DNA from: Myxococcota bacterium
GTDB taxonomy: Bacteria; Myxococcota_A; UBA796; UBA2385
Direction: 5' to 3'
Length of the DNA stretch: 64,000 nt
NCBI GenBank assembly: GCA_044344255.1
Contig: JBIJDH010000005.1
Coordinates: 224,001 to 288,000 of the forward strand
The notes under the pieces are model-generated. The model had not been told where the DNA came from and ran no database searches. It worked only from the letters and a program-made list of their open reading frames with translations. Both the position numbers and the translations under genes were made by a program. Position 1 is the stretch's first letter, and each line of letters starts with the position of its first letter. This document shows positions 39,019 to 50,823 of this stretch, piece after piece.

Positions 39019-40191
39019 TCAGTGCCGCCGCTCGAAGTGGCCGCGAACGGTGGGCTTGCCGTCCTTCAGGAGCACCCTTCCGCCGGCGATGACGAGCTGG
39101 GGTCGCAGGTCGTGGTTGACGGCGACGATGTCGGCCCGGTGACCCACGCGCAGGCGCCCGCGGTCGTGCAGGCGGTAGAGGCTGGCCACGTTGGCGGTGC
39201 AGGGGGCGAGGGCGGCGGGCAGCTCGACGCCGCGGTCCAGCAGGGAGGCGACGGTCTCGAGCAGGTTGGCGCTGGAGCCCACTCCCATCTGCGTGAGCAC
39301 GCCGTCCTTGTTGAAGGTGGGCAGGCAGCCGCCTCCGTCCGAGGAGAGGGTGATGCGGGCGGGATCGAGGCCCGCCTCGAGGTACTCGGCGATCGCCTCC
39401 CCGGCGAGGAGGCCGTCCCCGTCGGCGTCAAAGGCGGTGACGTCGATGAAGCAGCCGCGCTCGGAGAGCGCCTTGGCCTCCTCCCACAGCCGGCGGTTGC
39501 GGTTGACGTGGGTGGGGTGGAAGACCCGGGGCGGCAGCTCGGTCTGGTCGAGCAGGCGCCGGATCGGGGCGAGGCCGCGGGGCCCGTCACCGAGGTGCAG
39601 GTGCAGGATGCCGGCCTTCTTCGTCATCATGCCGGCGACGTGCGCGTCGCTCGCGAGGCGGGCCAGCTCCTCGTCGGTGGGCTGAGAGCTCCGGTGGTCG
39701 GAGATGGCCACCTCGCCGACGCCGATGATGCGGTCGATGTGGACGATGTCGCCGCGGACAGAGCCCGTGAGCGTGGGCGGGGGCAGCATGTAGCCGCCGG
39801 TGAAGCAGAAGGCGCTGAGGCCGTAGCTCTCGAGGCCACGCGCGACCGCGAGGAGCTCGGCGATGGAGCGGGTGCTGCAGTCGGTCCCGAGCAGGCCGAT
39901 CGCGGTCGTGACGCCGGCGCGGCTGAGCTCGGAGAGCTGCACGGCGGGCACGCGGGTCTCGGCGCCGCCCTCGCCGCCGCCGCCGGTGAGGTGGGTGTGG
40001 CCGTCGATGAGGCCGGGCAGCAGCAGCATCCCGCTGAGGTCGATCTCGGTGACCGGCCAGTCGGCGGAGGGGGGCGACAGGTAGGGCGCCATCGCGACGA
40101 TGCGGTCGCCGCCGATCAGCAGGTCCTGCTCCCCGAGGGCGTCAGGGGCATAGACATCGGCGTTTCGGAGGAGGATCATCGCGACGTCCAC
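39019..40191 (-). CDS. iadA: Isoaspartyl dipeptidase (beta-aspartyl peptidase)
   Basis: HTHLTGGGGEGG, GLLGTD, AISDHRSS, PTHVNRN, SSDGGG; start may be 40179. Confidence 0.92.
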   Translation of the reverse strand: MDVAMILLRNADVYAPDALGEQDLLIGGDRIVAMAPYLSPPSADWPVTEIDLSGMLLLPGLIDGHTHLTGGGGEGGAETRVPAVQLSELSRAGVTTAIGLLGTDCSTRSIAELLAVARGLESYGLSAFCFTGGYMLPPPTLTGSVRGDIVHIDRIIGVGEVAISDHRSSQPTDEELARLASDAHVAGMMTKKAGILHLHLGDGPRGLAPIRRLLDQTELPPRVFHPTHVNRNRRLWEEAKALSERGCFIDVTAFDADGDGLLAGEAIAEYLEAGLDPARITLSSDGGGCLPTFNKDGVLTQMGVGSSANLLETVASLLDRGVELPAALAPCTANVASLYRLHDRGRLRVGHRADIVAVNHDLRPQLVIAGGRVLLKDGKPTVRGHFERRH

Positions 40192-40213
40192 TGTTCATGG
40201 TCCACTGTTCATG
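40186..40213. repeat. Perfect 14-bp tandem direct repeat at the iadA start
   Basis: gtccactgttcatg x2. Confidence 0.85.
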
Positions 40214-40239
40214 TGCGCCCGGGTGGAGACCCGTGCAGG

Positions 40240-40845
40240 TCAAGGGTAGCGCGCGGGGGAGGCGAGCCAGGCGGCCTCTTCGGCGCTGATCTCGCGGCCG
40301 AGGGGCTCATTGCGGGTGGGGAAGCGGCCGAAGCGGCGGATGACCTCCCGGTGCTGGTGCGCGTGGTGCAGCATGTTCTCGATCACGGGCCGCTCGGCGG
40401 GGCTGGCGGCGAGGAGGAGGGCCTCGTACTCGGCCACGGCCCGGTCCTGGATCGCGGGGTCTTCGGTGTGCTCGAGGGGCAGGTAGAGGAAGGACCGCTG
40501 GAAGGTGCCCATCTTGCGGTCTTCGCCCGCCTCCAAGGCGTAGAGGGCCGCGGAGAGGCCAAGCGGGTTCCAAGCGAACGCGAGCGCCGTGCCGCGGTGG
40601 GCGTTCCGGGGGAGCTGGTCGACCAGCACCACGAGGGCGAGCAGGCCCGCCGGGCTCGCGAGCCAGCGCCCGAGCAGCCCCAGTCGGGCCGCCTCGAGGG
40701 TGTCGCTGAAGCGCTCCCGCACGAGCTGATCGAGGTCGGGCCCGCCGGCGAACCAACGGGCGAAGTTGGGGGGGACCGCGGCCGCGGGGTCGGCGGTGCC
40801 GAACCAGAAGTCCAGGAGCTCGTTGGGCGAGGCGATTCGGGACAA
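40240..40845 (-). CDS. DUF924 family protein
   Basis: LDFWF, DQLPRN, FLYLPLEHTE, RFGRFPTRN. Confidence 0.88.
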   Translation of the reverse strand: MSRIASPNELLDFWFGTADPAAAVPPNFARWFAGGPDLDQLVRERFSDTLEAARLGLLGRWLASPAGLLALVVLVDQLPRNAHRGTALAFAWNPLGLSAALYALEAGEDRKMGTFQRSFLYLPLEHTEDPAIQDRAVAEYEALLLAASPAERPVIENMLHHAHQHREVIRRFGRFPTRNEPLGREISAEEAAWLASPARYP

Positions 40846-40889
40846 TGGGGCCTCCAGGGCGCGTCAGGGGTGGGGATGCGGCGTCGCGC

Positions 40890-42833
40890 TCAGGGGGCCG
40901 CCCGCTGGAGCAGGAGCTGGACGACCTGCTCGGCCGCCTCCTCCGAGCTCATCTTCGTGGTGTCGAGGTGCAGCTCGGGGGACTCGGGCGCCTCATAGGG
41001 GCTGTCGATGCCCGTGAAGTTCTTGAGCTGGCCGGCGCGGGCCTTCTTGTAGAGGCCCTTGACGTCCCGGTCTTCGGCGACCCCGAGCGGGGTGTCGACG
41101 AAGACCTCGATGAACTCGCCCGCTGGGATGACCTTGCGCACCATCTCCCGCTCGGCCTTGAAGGGAGAGATGAAGGCGGTGAGCACGATGAGCCCGGCGT
41201 CGGTCATGAGCTTGGCCACCTCGCCGACCCGCCGGATGTTCTCGACGCGGTCCTCGGCGGAGAAGCCGAGGTCGCGGTTGAGGCCGTGGCGGATATTGTC
41301 ACCGTCGAGGAGGAAGCTGTGTCGCCCGAGGGCGTGGAGCTTCTTCTCGACGAGGTTGGCGATGGTCGACTTCCCGGCGCCGGACAGCCCGGTGAACCAC
41401 ACCACGGCTGGCCGCTGGCCCTTCTGCAGCGCGTGGGCCTCGCGGGTGACCTCGACAGACTGCCAGTGGATGTTCTGGCTGCGACGGAGGGCGAAGTGCA
41501 ACATGCCCGCGCCCACCGTGCCGTTCGTCATCCGATCGATGAGGATGAAGCCGCCCAGATCGTGGTTCTCGGCGTAGGGCGCGAAAGGGACGGCGCGGTC
41601 GAGCGAGAGGTTGCAGACGCCGATGCTGTTGAGCGCCAGCGGCTTGCCGGGGAGCTGCTCGAGGGTGTTGACGTTGACCTGGTATTTCTCCTTGGTCACC
41701 GTGGCCGACACCGTGCTGGTGCCGATCTTCATCCAGTAGGGCCGACCGGGCATCAGCCGCTCGTCGCTCATCCAGACGAGCGTGGCCTCGAACTGGTCGG
41801 CCACCTCGAGGGGGGCGTCGGCGGCGACGATGAGGTCGCCGCGGCTGCAGTCGATCTCGTCGGCGAAGGTCAGGGTCACCGACTGCCCGGTCACCGCGCG
41901 GGGGAGGTCGCCGTCCATCGTCACCACGCGGGTGATGGTGGAGGTCTTGCCGGAGGGGAGCACCCGAACGGCGTCACCTGGGGCCACCGCGCCGCTGCAC
42001 ACCATCCCGGAGAAGCCGCGGAAGTCGAGGTTCGGACGGTTGACCCACTGCACCGCCATCCGGAAGGGGGCCCGGCGCGCGCTGTCCTCTTCGAGGGGCA
42101 CCGTCTCGAGGTGCTCCATCAAGGTCGGGCCCGAGTACCAGGGCATGTGCTCGGAGCGGAACGAGATGTTGTCGCCCTTCAAGCCTGAGATCGGGATCAC
42201 CGTGAAGTCGCGGATGCCGATGCTGGAGGCGAACGTGCGGTAGTCCGCTACGATGGTGTCGTACCGATCCTCACTGTAGCCGATGAGGTCCATCTTGTTG
42301 ATGGCCAGCACGAGCCGCTCGATGCCCAGCAGGTGCACGAGGTAGCTGTGGCGCCGTGTCTGGGTGAGCACCCCCTTGCGGCCGTCGATGAGGATGACCG
42401 CGAGGTCGGCGTTGGAGGCGCCGGTCACCATGTTGCGGGTGTACTGTTCATGCCCCGGCGTGTCGGCGACGATGAACTTTCGCTTGTCGGTGGCGAAGAA
42501 GCGGTAGGCGACGTCGATCGTGATGCCCTGCTCCCGCTCGGCGGCGAGGCCGTCGACCAGCAGCGCGAAGTCGATGTCCTGCCCCTGAGTGCCGACCTTC
42601 TTCGAGTCGGCCTCGAGGGCGGCGAGCTGGTCCTCGAAGATCATCTTCGAGTCGTAGAGGAGGCGCCCGATGAGCGTGGACTTGCCGTCGTCCACGGAGC
42701 CGCAGGTGAGGAAGCGCAGCAGCGTCTTGTGTTGGTGCTGCAGGAGGTAGGCGTGGATGTCCTCACGGATGAGGTCATCGACCACATAGGAGGAGGAGGG
42801 GGCGGGCGCGACGCTGGTCGTGGGGGTAGACAT
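40890..42833 (-). CDS. cysNC: Bifunctional sulfate adenylyltransferase subunit 1 / APS kinase
   Basis: [41 protein letters not shown]. Confidence 0.95.
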   Translation of the reverse strand: MSTPTTSVAPAPSSSYVVDDLIREDIHAYLLQHQHKTLLRFLTCGSVDDGKSTLIGRLLYDSKMIFEDQLAALEADSKKVGTQGQDIDFALLVDGLAAEREQGITIDVAYRFFATDKRKFIVADTPGHEQYTRNMVTGASNADLAVILIDGRKGVLTQTRRHSYLVHLLGIERLVLAINKMDLIGYSEDRYDTIVADYRTFASSIGIRDFTVIPISGLKGDNISFRSEHMPWYSGPTLMEHLETVPLEEDSARRAPFRMAVQWVNRPNLDFRGFSGMVCSGAVAPGDAVRVLPSGKTSTITRVVTMDGDLPRAVTGQSVTLTFADEIDCSRGDLIVAADAPLEVADQFEATLVWMSDERLMPGRPYWMKIGTSTVSATVTKEKYQVNVNTLEQLPGKPLALNSIGVCNLSLDRAVPFAPYAENHDLGGFILIDRMTNGTVGAGMLHFALRRSQNIHWQSVEVTREAHALQKGQRPAVVWFTGLSGAGKSTIANLVEKKLHALGRHSFLLDGDNIRHGLNRDLGFSAEDRVENIRRVGEVAKLMTDAGLIVLTAFISPFKAEREMVRKVIPAGEFIEVFVDTPLGVAEDRDVKGLYKKARAGQLKNFTGIDSPYEAPESPELHLDTTKMSSEEAAEQVVQLLLQRAAP

Positions 42834-42834
42834 C

Positions 42835-43755
42835 TTAGAAATAGCCCTCCTTCTTCTTCTTCTCCATGGAGGCAGACTGATCGTGATCGATCACCCGGCC
42901 TTGCCGCTCTGACGTCGTGGTGAGCAGCATCTCTCGGATGATGTCGGGCAGCGTGGCGGCCTCGCTCTCGATCGCGCCGGAGAGAGGGTAGCAGCCGAGC
43001 GTGCGGAAGCGCACGGAGCGCTGCATGGGCACCTCGCCGGGTTGGAGAGGGAAGCGCTCGTCATCGACCATGATCAGCAGCCCGTCCCGCTCCACCACCG
43101 GGCGGGGCGCGGCGAAGTAGAGCGGCACGATCGGGATGTCGTTCAAGTGGATGTACTGCCAGATGTCCAGCTCGGTCCAGTTCGAGATCGGGAAGACCCG
43201 GATGCTCTCGCCCTTGTGTTTGCGCGCGTTGTAGAGGCGCCAGAGCTCCGGCCGCTGGTTCTTCGGATCCCAGCGGTGGTTCGCAGAGCGGAAGCTGAAG
43301 ATGCGCTCCTTGGCGCGGCTCTTCTCCTCGTCTCGGCGGGCGCCCCCGAAGGCGGCGTCGAAGCCGTAGTGGTCCAAGGCCTGCTTGAGCCCCTCTGTCT
43401 TCCACAGATCAGTGTGCAGCGGGCCGTGATCGAAGGGGTTGATGCCCCGCGCCTTGGCCTCCGGGTTCTGGTAGACGAGCAGCTCCATCCCGCTCTCCTT
43501 CGCCATGCGGTCGCGGAGGGCGTACATGTCGCGGAACTTCCACGTGGTGTCGACGTGGAGGAGCGGGAAGGGAGGCTTCGAGGGGAAGAAGGCCTTCCGC
43601 GCGAGGTGCAGCATCACGGCGGAGTCTTTGCCCACCGAGTACAGCATCACGGGGTTCTCCACCTCAGAGACCACCTCGCGGAGGATGTGGATGCTCTCCG
43701 CCTCCAGTCGCTCGAGGTGGGTGAGGCGGGCGGCGGGGAGGGTGGGATCGCTCAT
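42835..43755 (-). CDS. cysD: Sulfate adenylyltransferase subunit 2
   Basis: [45 protein letters not shown]. Confidence 0.96.
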   Translation of the reverse strand: MSDPTLPAARLTHLERLEAESIHILREVVSEVENPVMLYSVGKDSAVMLHLARKAFFPSKPPFPLLHVDTTWKFRDMYALRDRMAKESGMELLVYQNPEAKARGINPFDHGPLHTDLWKTEGLKQALDHYGFDAAFGGARRDEEKSRAKERIFSFRSANHRWDPKNQRPELWRLYNARKHKGESIRVFPISNWTELDIWQYIHLNDIPIVPLYFAAPRPVVERDGLLIMVDDERFPLQPGEVPMQRSVRFRTLGCYPLSGAIESEAATLPDIIREMLLTTTSERQGRVIDHDQSASMEKKKKEGYF

Positions 43756-43863
43756 CGAGGGGGCCTCACGGGGGAGGAGCGCGCGGCGGGGACGGCCCAG
43801 GCGGTTAACATCGGCGGTTGATGGGCGCCGCCGGGGGAACCCAGCGCCGATCTGGTGGGTCCA

Positions 43864-44424
43864 ATGGGCATGCTCCAGCTGCTGTTCGCCGTCCTCTTCC
43901 CGGTCGCCCAGGCCGAGCCCACGCTGCGGGAGGCCACCCTGGCCGCCGGCCTCCGGTGGCCACCCCCCGATCTCAGCGTCCACATCGACAAGTCCGAGCG
44001 CCAGCTCACCGTCCGGAGCGGGGCCACCGCGGTCAAGCGCTACCCGGTGGCGCTCGGCGATCCGGCCGGCGACAAGCTCGTCCAGGGCGATCGCAAGACC
44101 CCCACCGGCACGCTCTACGTCGTCACCCGTAACGACAAGAGTCAGTTCCACCTCTTCCTCGGCCTCGGCTACCCGAACGGGGAGGACGCCGATCGGGGCC
44201 TCGCCGCCGGCCTCATCAACGCGGCCACCGCCGAGCGGATCCGTCAGGCCGAGCGGGCTCGCCGTCAACCCCCCTGGGAGACCGCCCTCGGCGGCGCGGT
44301 GGGCATTCACGGGGGCGGCACGGGCGGGGACTGGACGCTCGGCTGCGTGGCCCTCGAGGACGCCGCCATCGAGGAGCTCTGGGCCGTCGCCCCGATCGGG
44401 ACGAAGGTGATCATCGAGGAGTAG
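43864..44424 (+). CDS. L,D-transpeptidase (YkuD) family protein
   Basis: [21 protein letters not shown]; signal peptide; start uncertain (43855-43870). Confidence 0.85.
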   Translation: MGMLQLLFAVLFPVAQAEPTLREATLAAGLRWPPPDLSVHIDKSERQLTVRSGATAVKRYPVALGDPAGDKLVQGDRKTPTGTLYVVTRNDKSQFHLFLGLGYPNGEDADRGLAAGLINAATAERIRQAERARRQPPWETALGGAVGIHGGGTGGDWTLGCVALEDAAIEELWAVAPIGTKVIIEE

Positions 44425-44453
44425 TGATCGAGGAGTAGTGATCATCGAGGAGT
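44407..44453. repeat. Triplicated 3' end of the L,D-transpeptidase gene
   Basis: gtgatcatcgaggagta / gtgatcgaggagta / gtgatcatcgaggagt. Confidence 0.85.
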
Positions 44454-44501
44454 CGGGCGGCGGCCGAGCGGCGGGCCGGCGCGCGCTTTAAGCCTCGGCC
44501 C

Positions 44502-46424
44502 ATGTCCACGGCCCCTTCGCCTCCCTCGCCGGCTCCGGCCCCGTCCGTCGCCCCGCCCCGCCCGCCCGCGGCGCGCTCCTCCCGGCTGCGGGAGGCCGGG
44601 CGGGTGCTCGGCCACGCTCGCACGGCGATGGGGATGGTCTACCGGCTCGATCCCCGGCTGCTCCTCACCCTCGTGCTCGGCGGCGTGCTCGACTCGGCGG
44701 GCCTCGTCGCGATCGCCTGGGTGGGCAAGCGCATCATCGACGCCGTCGTCCATCCCGTCCTCCACCCAGTCGTTGACCTCGGTGTGGGGGGAGAGGGCCT
44801 CGCGCTCGCCGCGCCGGCCCTCGGCTGGGTGGCGGCGGAGCTCGGCCTCGTCGCAGGCCGGGCCCTGGTGGGCCAGGCCACCGCCTACGCACAGCTCGTC
44901 CTGCGCAGCAAGCTCGGCACGCACGTCAACCTGCTCATCCTCGACAAGGCGGCCCGTGTCGCCTACGCGCGCTTCGAAGACCCCGCCTTCATGAACTCGA
45001 TGACCCAGGCCCGCCGGGAGGCGAGCGCCCGGCCGCTCGACCTCGTGAGCCAGGTCCTCGCCTTCTCGAAGCACGTATTCACGCTCTTCGGCTTCGGTGC
45101 GCTCCTCTGGTCACTCGGCCCCTGGGCGATCTTCGTGCTGGTGCTCACCGCCTTGCCGCCCTTCTGGGCCGAGGCCCGCTTCGCGAGTGAGTCCTTCACG
45201 ATGCAGCGGGCCCGCACGCTGCGCTCCCGCCGAAGCTTCTACCTCGAGTCCGTGCTCACCACCGAGGCCACGGTCAAGGAGGTGAAGCTCTTTCAGCTCT
45301 CGGGCTGGCTCCGAGATAAGTACAGGGACATCCTCGAGTCCTTCGCCGATGAGGAGGCCGAGCTCGCACGGCGCCGCTCGGCCGCCGCCTTCCTGCTCGG
45401 TATGCTCGCCACGGCCGCCCTGTACGGGACCTATGGCTGGATCGTCTTTCAGGCCGTGTCCGGCGCGCTGACCCTCGGCGCGATGACCCTGTACATGGGC
45501 GTCTTTCGACAGGGGCAGGACACCCTGCGGGCCGCCCTGTCCTCGGTCTCTCGGGCCTGGGAGGACGACCTCTATATGACCAACCTCGACGAGTTCCTCG
45601 CCGTGCCCGAGGAGGAGCCCGACGCCGCCGAGCCCCTGGAGGAGGGCGCCCCCGACGACGCGCCCCCCTCGCTCTCGCTCGAGGACGTGTCTTTTCGTTA
45701 CCCTGGCAGCGCCCACGAGGCCCTGTCCAACATCACCCTGCACGTCGCCCCGGGAGAGACCATCGCCCTCGTCGGGAAGAACGGCGCGGGCAAGACCACC
45801 CTCATCAAGCTGCTGGTCGGCCTCTTCCGCCCCACCTCGGGCACCATTCGGGTGGACGATGTCGATGTCTCCACCTTGTCGATGAGCGCGCTGCGGCGGC
45901 GGGTGGGCGTCATCTTTCAGGACTTCGCCCGCCTGCAGCTCTCGATGCGCGACAACGTGGGCCTCGGCTGGCTGCCCTCCCGCGAAGACGACGTGGCCAT
46001 CCGCGCCGCCATCCAGGACGGCGGCGCCGGCGAGATCGTGAGCCGGCTCCCGAAGGGCCTCGAGACCCCGCTCGGCAAGGCCTTCGGCGGGGACGACCTC
46101 TCCGGCGGCCAGTGGCAGCGGGTGGCCCTGGCCCGCGCCTTCATGCGAAAGAGCCGCATCCTCGTGCTCGACGAGCCCACCGCGGCGATGGACGCCGAGG
46201 GCGAGCACGAGATCTTCCAGCGCTTCCGCGACCTGAAGAAGGACCGCACCGCCATCCTCATCACCCACCGCTTCGGCACCGTCCGAATGGCGGACCGTAT
46301 CGTCGTGATCGACGGCGGGCGCATCGTCGAGGAGGGGAGCCATGAGGCGCTGATGATGTTGGGGGGGCTCTATGCCCGGATGTTCTCACTCCAGGCGGAG
46401 GGGCTCAAGGTGACGGCGGACTGA
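44502..46424 (+). CDS. ABC exporter, fused permease + ATPase
   Basis: TM domain; GKNGAGKT, LSGGQWQR, LVLDEPT. Confidence 0.92.
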   Translation: MSTAPSPPSPAPAPSVAPPRPPAARSSRLREAGRVLGHARTAMGMVYRLDPRLLLTLVLGGVLDSAGLVAIAWVGKRIIDAVVHPVLHPVVDLGVGGEGLALAAPALGWVAAELGLVAGRALVGQATAYAQLVLRSKLGTHVNLLILDKAARVAYARFEDPAFMNSMTQARREASARPLDLVSQVLAFSKHVFTLFGFGALLWSLGPWAIFVLVLTALPPFWAEARFASESFTMQRARTLRSRRSFYLESVLTTEATVKEVKLFQLSGWLRDKYRDILESFADEEAELARRRSAAAFLLGMLATAALYGTYGWIVFQAVSGALTLGAMTLYMGVFRQGQDTLRAALSSVSRAWEDDLYMTNLDEFLAVPEEEPDAAEPLEEGAPDDAPPSLSLEDVSFRYPGSAHEALSNITLHVAPGETIALVGKNGAGKTTLIKLLVGLFRPTSGTIRVDDVDVSTLSMSALRRRVGVIFQDFARLQLSMRDNVGLGWLPSREDDVAIRAAIQDGGAGEIVSRLPKGLETPLGKAFGGDDLSGGQWQRVALARAFMRKSRILVLDEPTAAMDAEGEHEIFQRFRDLKKDRTAILITHRFGTVRMADRIVVIDGGRIVEEGSHEALMMLGGLYARMFSLQAEGLKVTAD

Positions 46425-46434
46425 GCGCCGCTCC

Positions 46435-48345
46435 TCAGCCCTCAATCCAGACCTCGGCGTCATTCGGCGCGAGGCTGTGCGGCGCGGGGTCCGCCCCCTG
46501 TAAGACCTCCTCGCCCGCCGGCGGCACGACCTCAATCGGGCTGTCGCTCAGGTTGAGGAAGACGACGGCCCCGTCGGCCTCCCAGCGGGTGGGCACGGTG
46601 TCGTCACCCTGAGAGAGCTCAAAGACCGGGCTCCCGTCGATGCCGGAGACGAAGTCGAGGGGGGCCTGGGGCTCGAAGGCGACGCCCTGATAGGCGAGGA
46701 GGCGGGCGTCGAGGGCGAGGTTGACGCGCTCCTCCGAGGCGAGGGCGAAGCTGTCGCCGAGGAACCAGACGCCGCCGGCGACGAGGTTCGCGGCGATGGC
46801 CGCCCGGCCGAGGCCGTCGGTGGCAGGCGGGCGGAGGAGGATGGGGTCCGGGTCGTTCCACCACCAGAGGTCATTGACGAAGGACCGGCCGGCGGTGGCC
46901 CGGGCCTGCCAGCGGAGGAAGGCGGGGTCGGGGTCAGGGAGGGCGACGAAGCCGATGTCGGCCCCCGAGCGCCAGCCGTCGGCGAAGCCGAGGGAAGGGA
47001 GCATCGGGGCGCCGCAGGCGAGGATGAACGCCTCGTCGCCCACCGCCTCGCGGAGCAGCGCCGTGGCGCGGTCATAGGCCTGGAGCCCGGTGAGGGGCTC
47101 CTGTCGCAGCCCCTCCATCGCGCCCGCATAGAGGAAGTCAAACTTGAAGTAGGTGAAGCCGGCCTCCTTCATCGCCCGCACCTGCCCCACCATCCAGTCG
47201 GCGGCGTCGGGGTGGGTGACGTCGAGGACGTAGCGGCTGCCGTCGAGGAGGGGCCCGCCCCCCGCTTGCTGCACGAACCAGTCGGGGTGCTCGGTTACGA
47301 CGGCGGCCTCGGGGTCGGCGAGGAGGGGGGCCATCCAGAGGCCGGGGATCATGCCCTCGTCATCGATCGCGGTCGCCATCGCCGCCATCCCCTCCGGGAA
47401 ACGGTCATTCGCGGTCCAGTCCCCCCAGGCCACCTCCCAGCCGTCGTCGATCTGAAAGACATCGAGCTCGAGGTGCTGGCCGGCGCCGTCGAGCTCAGTG
47501 AGCAAGACCGCGCTGGAGATGGCGCCATAATACTGGTACCAGTCATTCCAGCCGACCGGCGGCGAATAATAGGCGAGGCGCGGCTCCCGCCCCTCATTGC
47601 CGACCTTCTGCGCCCACGCGATCAGCGCCGGCCGCACCTCTTCGGGGGCGGCCGGCGCGGAGAGGGTGAGGGGAGAGAGCTCCAGCGAGCCGCCGGCCTC
47701 GATCTCCACCGCCTCTCCGCGGGTGCCCCACACCGCGGCGAGCTCGTCGTCGTCGGCGGCGATGAAGAACTTGAGGTCACCCGGCGAGAGGGCGCCGACG
47801 ACGAGCCCGCCGCCGTCTACATGGCCGACGTAGCCGCCCCACCAGGAGCTGCCCGCCGTCTCGAGGATGGAGGCGAAGCCGTCCTCATCTCCGCCCACCA
47901 CCGGCACGCCCCGGTCATCGCGCGCGAGGTCACCGGGCTCCGTGACGCCGCTCCAGGCCCAGGACTGATAACCCTGTCGCCACAGGCGGACGCCGCCCTC
48001 GCCGTTGGCGGACCAGTCGCCCTCCAGGATCACCCCCTCGAGGGTGCCGCCGTTGTCGCTCGACACGGTGACCGCCACCACCGGCGTGGGGCTGTTGATC
48101 TCGCTCGTGAGCGCGAGCTGGACGGTCAGATCACCCTCTCCGATCGCCCGCGCCTGGAGCGTGACGGTGGCCGCCGCCTCGCCGCCGCTCGGGCGGGGGA
48201 AATTGCAGGACAGGCCGTCCCCTCCCTCCACGGTGCAGCCGGTCGGGGCGAAGACCGCCTTGTCCCGACAGGCGATAGACATCAAACCTATCGACATCAA
48301 ACCTATCGACGTCCAGCAGGCGGGGAGGGTGACGAGCGGGCGCAT
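46435..48345 (-). CDS. GH36-like alpha-galactosidase, probable lipoprotein
   Basis: GWNDWYQY, QIDDGW, GLWMAP, YFKFDF, NDPD; signal region has a 15-bp in-frame duplication (SIGLM x2); start uncertain. Confidence 0.8.
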   Translation of the reverse strand: MRPLVTLPACWTSIGLMSIGLMSIACRDKAVFAPTGCTVEGGDGLSCNFPRPSGGEAAATVTLQARAIGEGDLTVQLALTSEINSPTPVVAVTVSSDNGGTLEGVILEGDWSANGEGGVRLWRQGYQSWAWSGVTEPGDLARDDRGVPVVGGDEDGFASILETAGSSWWGGYVGHVDGGGLVVGALSPGDLKFFIAADDDELAAVWGTRGEAVEIEAGGSLELSPLTLSAPAAPEEVRPALIAWAQKVGNEGREPRLAYYSPPVGWNDWYQYYGAISSAVLLTELDGAGQHLELDVFQIDDGWEVAWGDWTANDRFPEGMAAMATAIDDEGMIPGLWMAPLLADPEAAVVTEHPDWFVQQAGGGPLLDGSRYVLDVTHPDAADWMVGQVRAMKEAGFTYFKFDFLYAGAMEGLRQEPLTGLQAYDRATALLREAVGDEAFILACGAPMLPSLGFADGWRSGADIGFVALPDPDPAFLRWQARATAGRSFVNDLWWWNDPDPILLRPPATDGLGRAAIAANLVAGGVWFLGDSFALASEERVNLALDARLLAYQGVAFEPQAPLDFVSGIDGSPVFELSQGDDTVPTRWEADGAVVFLNLSDSPIEVVPPAGEEVLQGADPAPHSLAPNDAEVWIEG

Positions 48346-48346
48346 C

Positions 48347-49543
<1,197 letters not shown>

Positions 49544-49606
49544 GACCGCTCCGGATGAGGAGAGAGGGGATAGGCGCGTTGGCCGGCGGGCGGGGAGGCT
49601 AACCGC

Positions 49607-50776
49607 TCAAGGGCAGCAGGCGGCGAGGGCCGCGCCCAGCAGGTTGGCCTCCGGGTGGCGGAGCAGGGTGAAGGGGCGGGGGTGGAGGGCGCCGAGCCAG
49701 GCGGACACCGCACCGGCGTAGCGCGGGTCGCCCCAGAAGAGGCCCCCCTCGGCGAGGACGCCGACGGGCCCGTCACCGTCGAGGTGGTCAAAGACGGCGG
49801 CGAGCCCGGCGGCGACGAGGCGGGCCGAGCGTGACAGCAGGGCGGCCGCGGCCACCCCACCAGGGCTGTCCGGGTCGGACTCGCGGAGGGTGACGAGCCC
49901 GCCCGCGTCTTCGCAGGGGGGAGCCTCGGGCTCGAGGAGGGCGAGCAGGCGGGGCAGGTAGAGGCCGGAGATGGCCTTCTCGTAACGTTGGGCGCCGGGG
50001 TTCACCGAGCGCGCGTCGACGAGCGCGTCGGCGGCCCCTCGCTCGGGAAGGTCGAAGGCGCCGGACTCGAGGTTCACCGCCCAAGCGCCGGGCCCCTCCG
50101 GCAGCTTCGGGGCCGCGCGGTGGTCGAAGAAGGCGGCCATGTTGGTGCCGGTCCCGACGATGAGCCCCACGGTGTCGCGAGGGCGGCCGGCGTGCAGGGC
50201 GGCCCCGCAGAGGAGCGCCGCCACCGTGTCGTTGAGCACGGTGACCCGCGGCGGCCGGAGCCCCTGTCGCTCCAGGGCCGCCCGCAGCCCCGCCCCGACG
50301 GAGCGGCCGACCACGTCCGGGAGCTCGACCCCCTTGGTCCAGTGGATGAGGGTGGCGTCGCGGTCGGCGGTGACGGCGGTGGGGTAGGAGAAGACGTAGC
50401 CGACGGGCAGGTCGAGGGGGCCGCCGGTCTCTCGGAGCAGGGCGGCGGCGAAGCGGGCCTGGAGGTCAAAGAAGCCGTCGTGATCGAGCCCGTCGAGCTG
50501 CAGGCGCGCGCTCCGGACCTCGCCCACCACCGCGGGCGAGGGGCCGAGGCGCACCCGCGCCGCCCGCAGGTTGGTGCCGCCGAGGTCGAGGACAAGGGCC
50601 TCGCCCTCGAGGCCCACCGGCGGTTCGGGGAGCCACGCGTGGATCGCCTTGATCTCCTGGCCCTCCTGCGCGAGCCCCTCTCCGATGCGGGCGGAGAGGA
50701 GGGCGCGGGTGGCGGCGGTAGCCGGGAGCTCGGCCGCGGGGAGATCGAAGCGGGTCGGGGTCGAGCGCGCTCTCAC
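49607..50776 (-). CDS. Hexokinase family protein
   Basis: LDLGGTNLR, FSYP, WTKG, LNDTVA, IVGTGTN, NLESGAF, EKAISG. Confidence 0.85.
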   Translation of the reverse strand: MRARSTPTRFDLPAAELPATAATRALLSARIGEGLAQEGQEIKAIHAWLPEPPVGLEGEALVLDLGGTNLRAARVRLGPSPAVVGEVRSARLQLDGLDHDGFFDLQARFAAALLRETGGPLDLPVGYVFSYPTAVTADRDATLIHWTKGVELPDVVGRSVGAGLRAALERQGLRPPRVTVLNDTVAALLCGAALHAGRPRDTVGLIVGTGTNMAAFFDHRAAPKLPEGPGAWAVNLESGAFDLPERGAADALVDARSVNPGAQRYEKAISGLYLPRLLALLEPEAPPCEDAGGLVTLRESDPDSPGGVAAAALLSRSARLVAAGLAAVFDHLDGDGPVGVLAEGGLFWGDPRYAGAVSAWLGALHPRPFTLLRHPEANLLGAALAACCP

Positions 50777-50823
50777 GGGAGCCTCGGGCGGGGAGTGAGC
50801 GGGGGGCGCGCGGCCGGGCGCCC

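Noticed and set aside
42835..44445. 536-aa CysD, and similar N-terminally extended calls for lysC, the sulfatase-like gene and the DUF4105 gene
   Set aside because: The extensions overlap other real genes; family motifs start at downstream start codons
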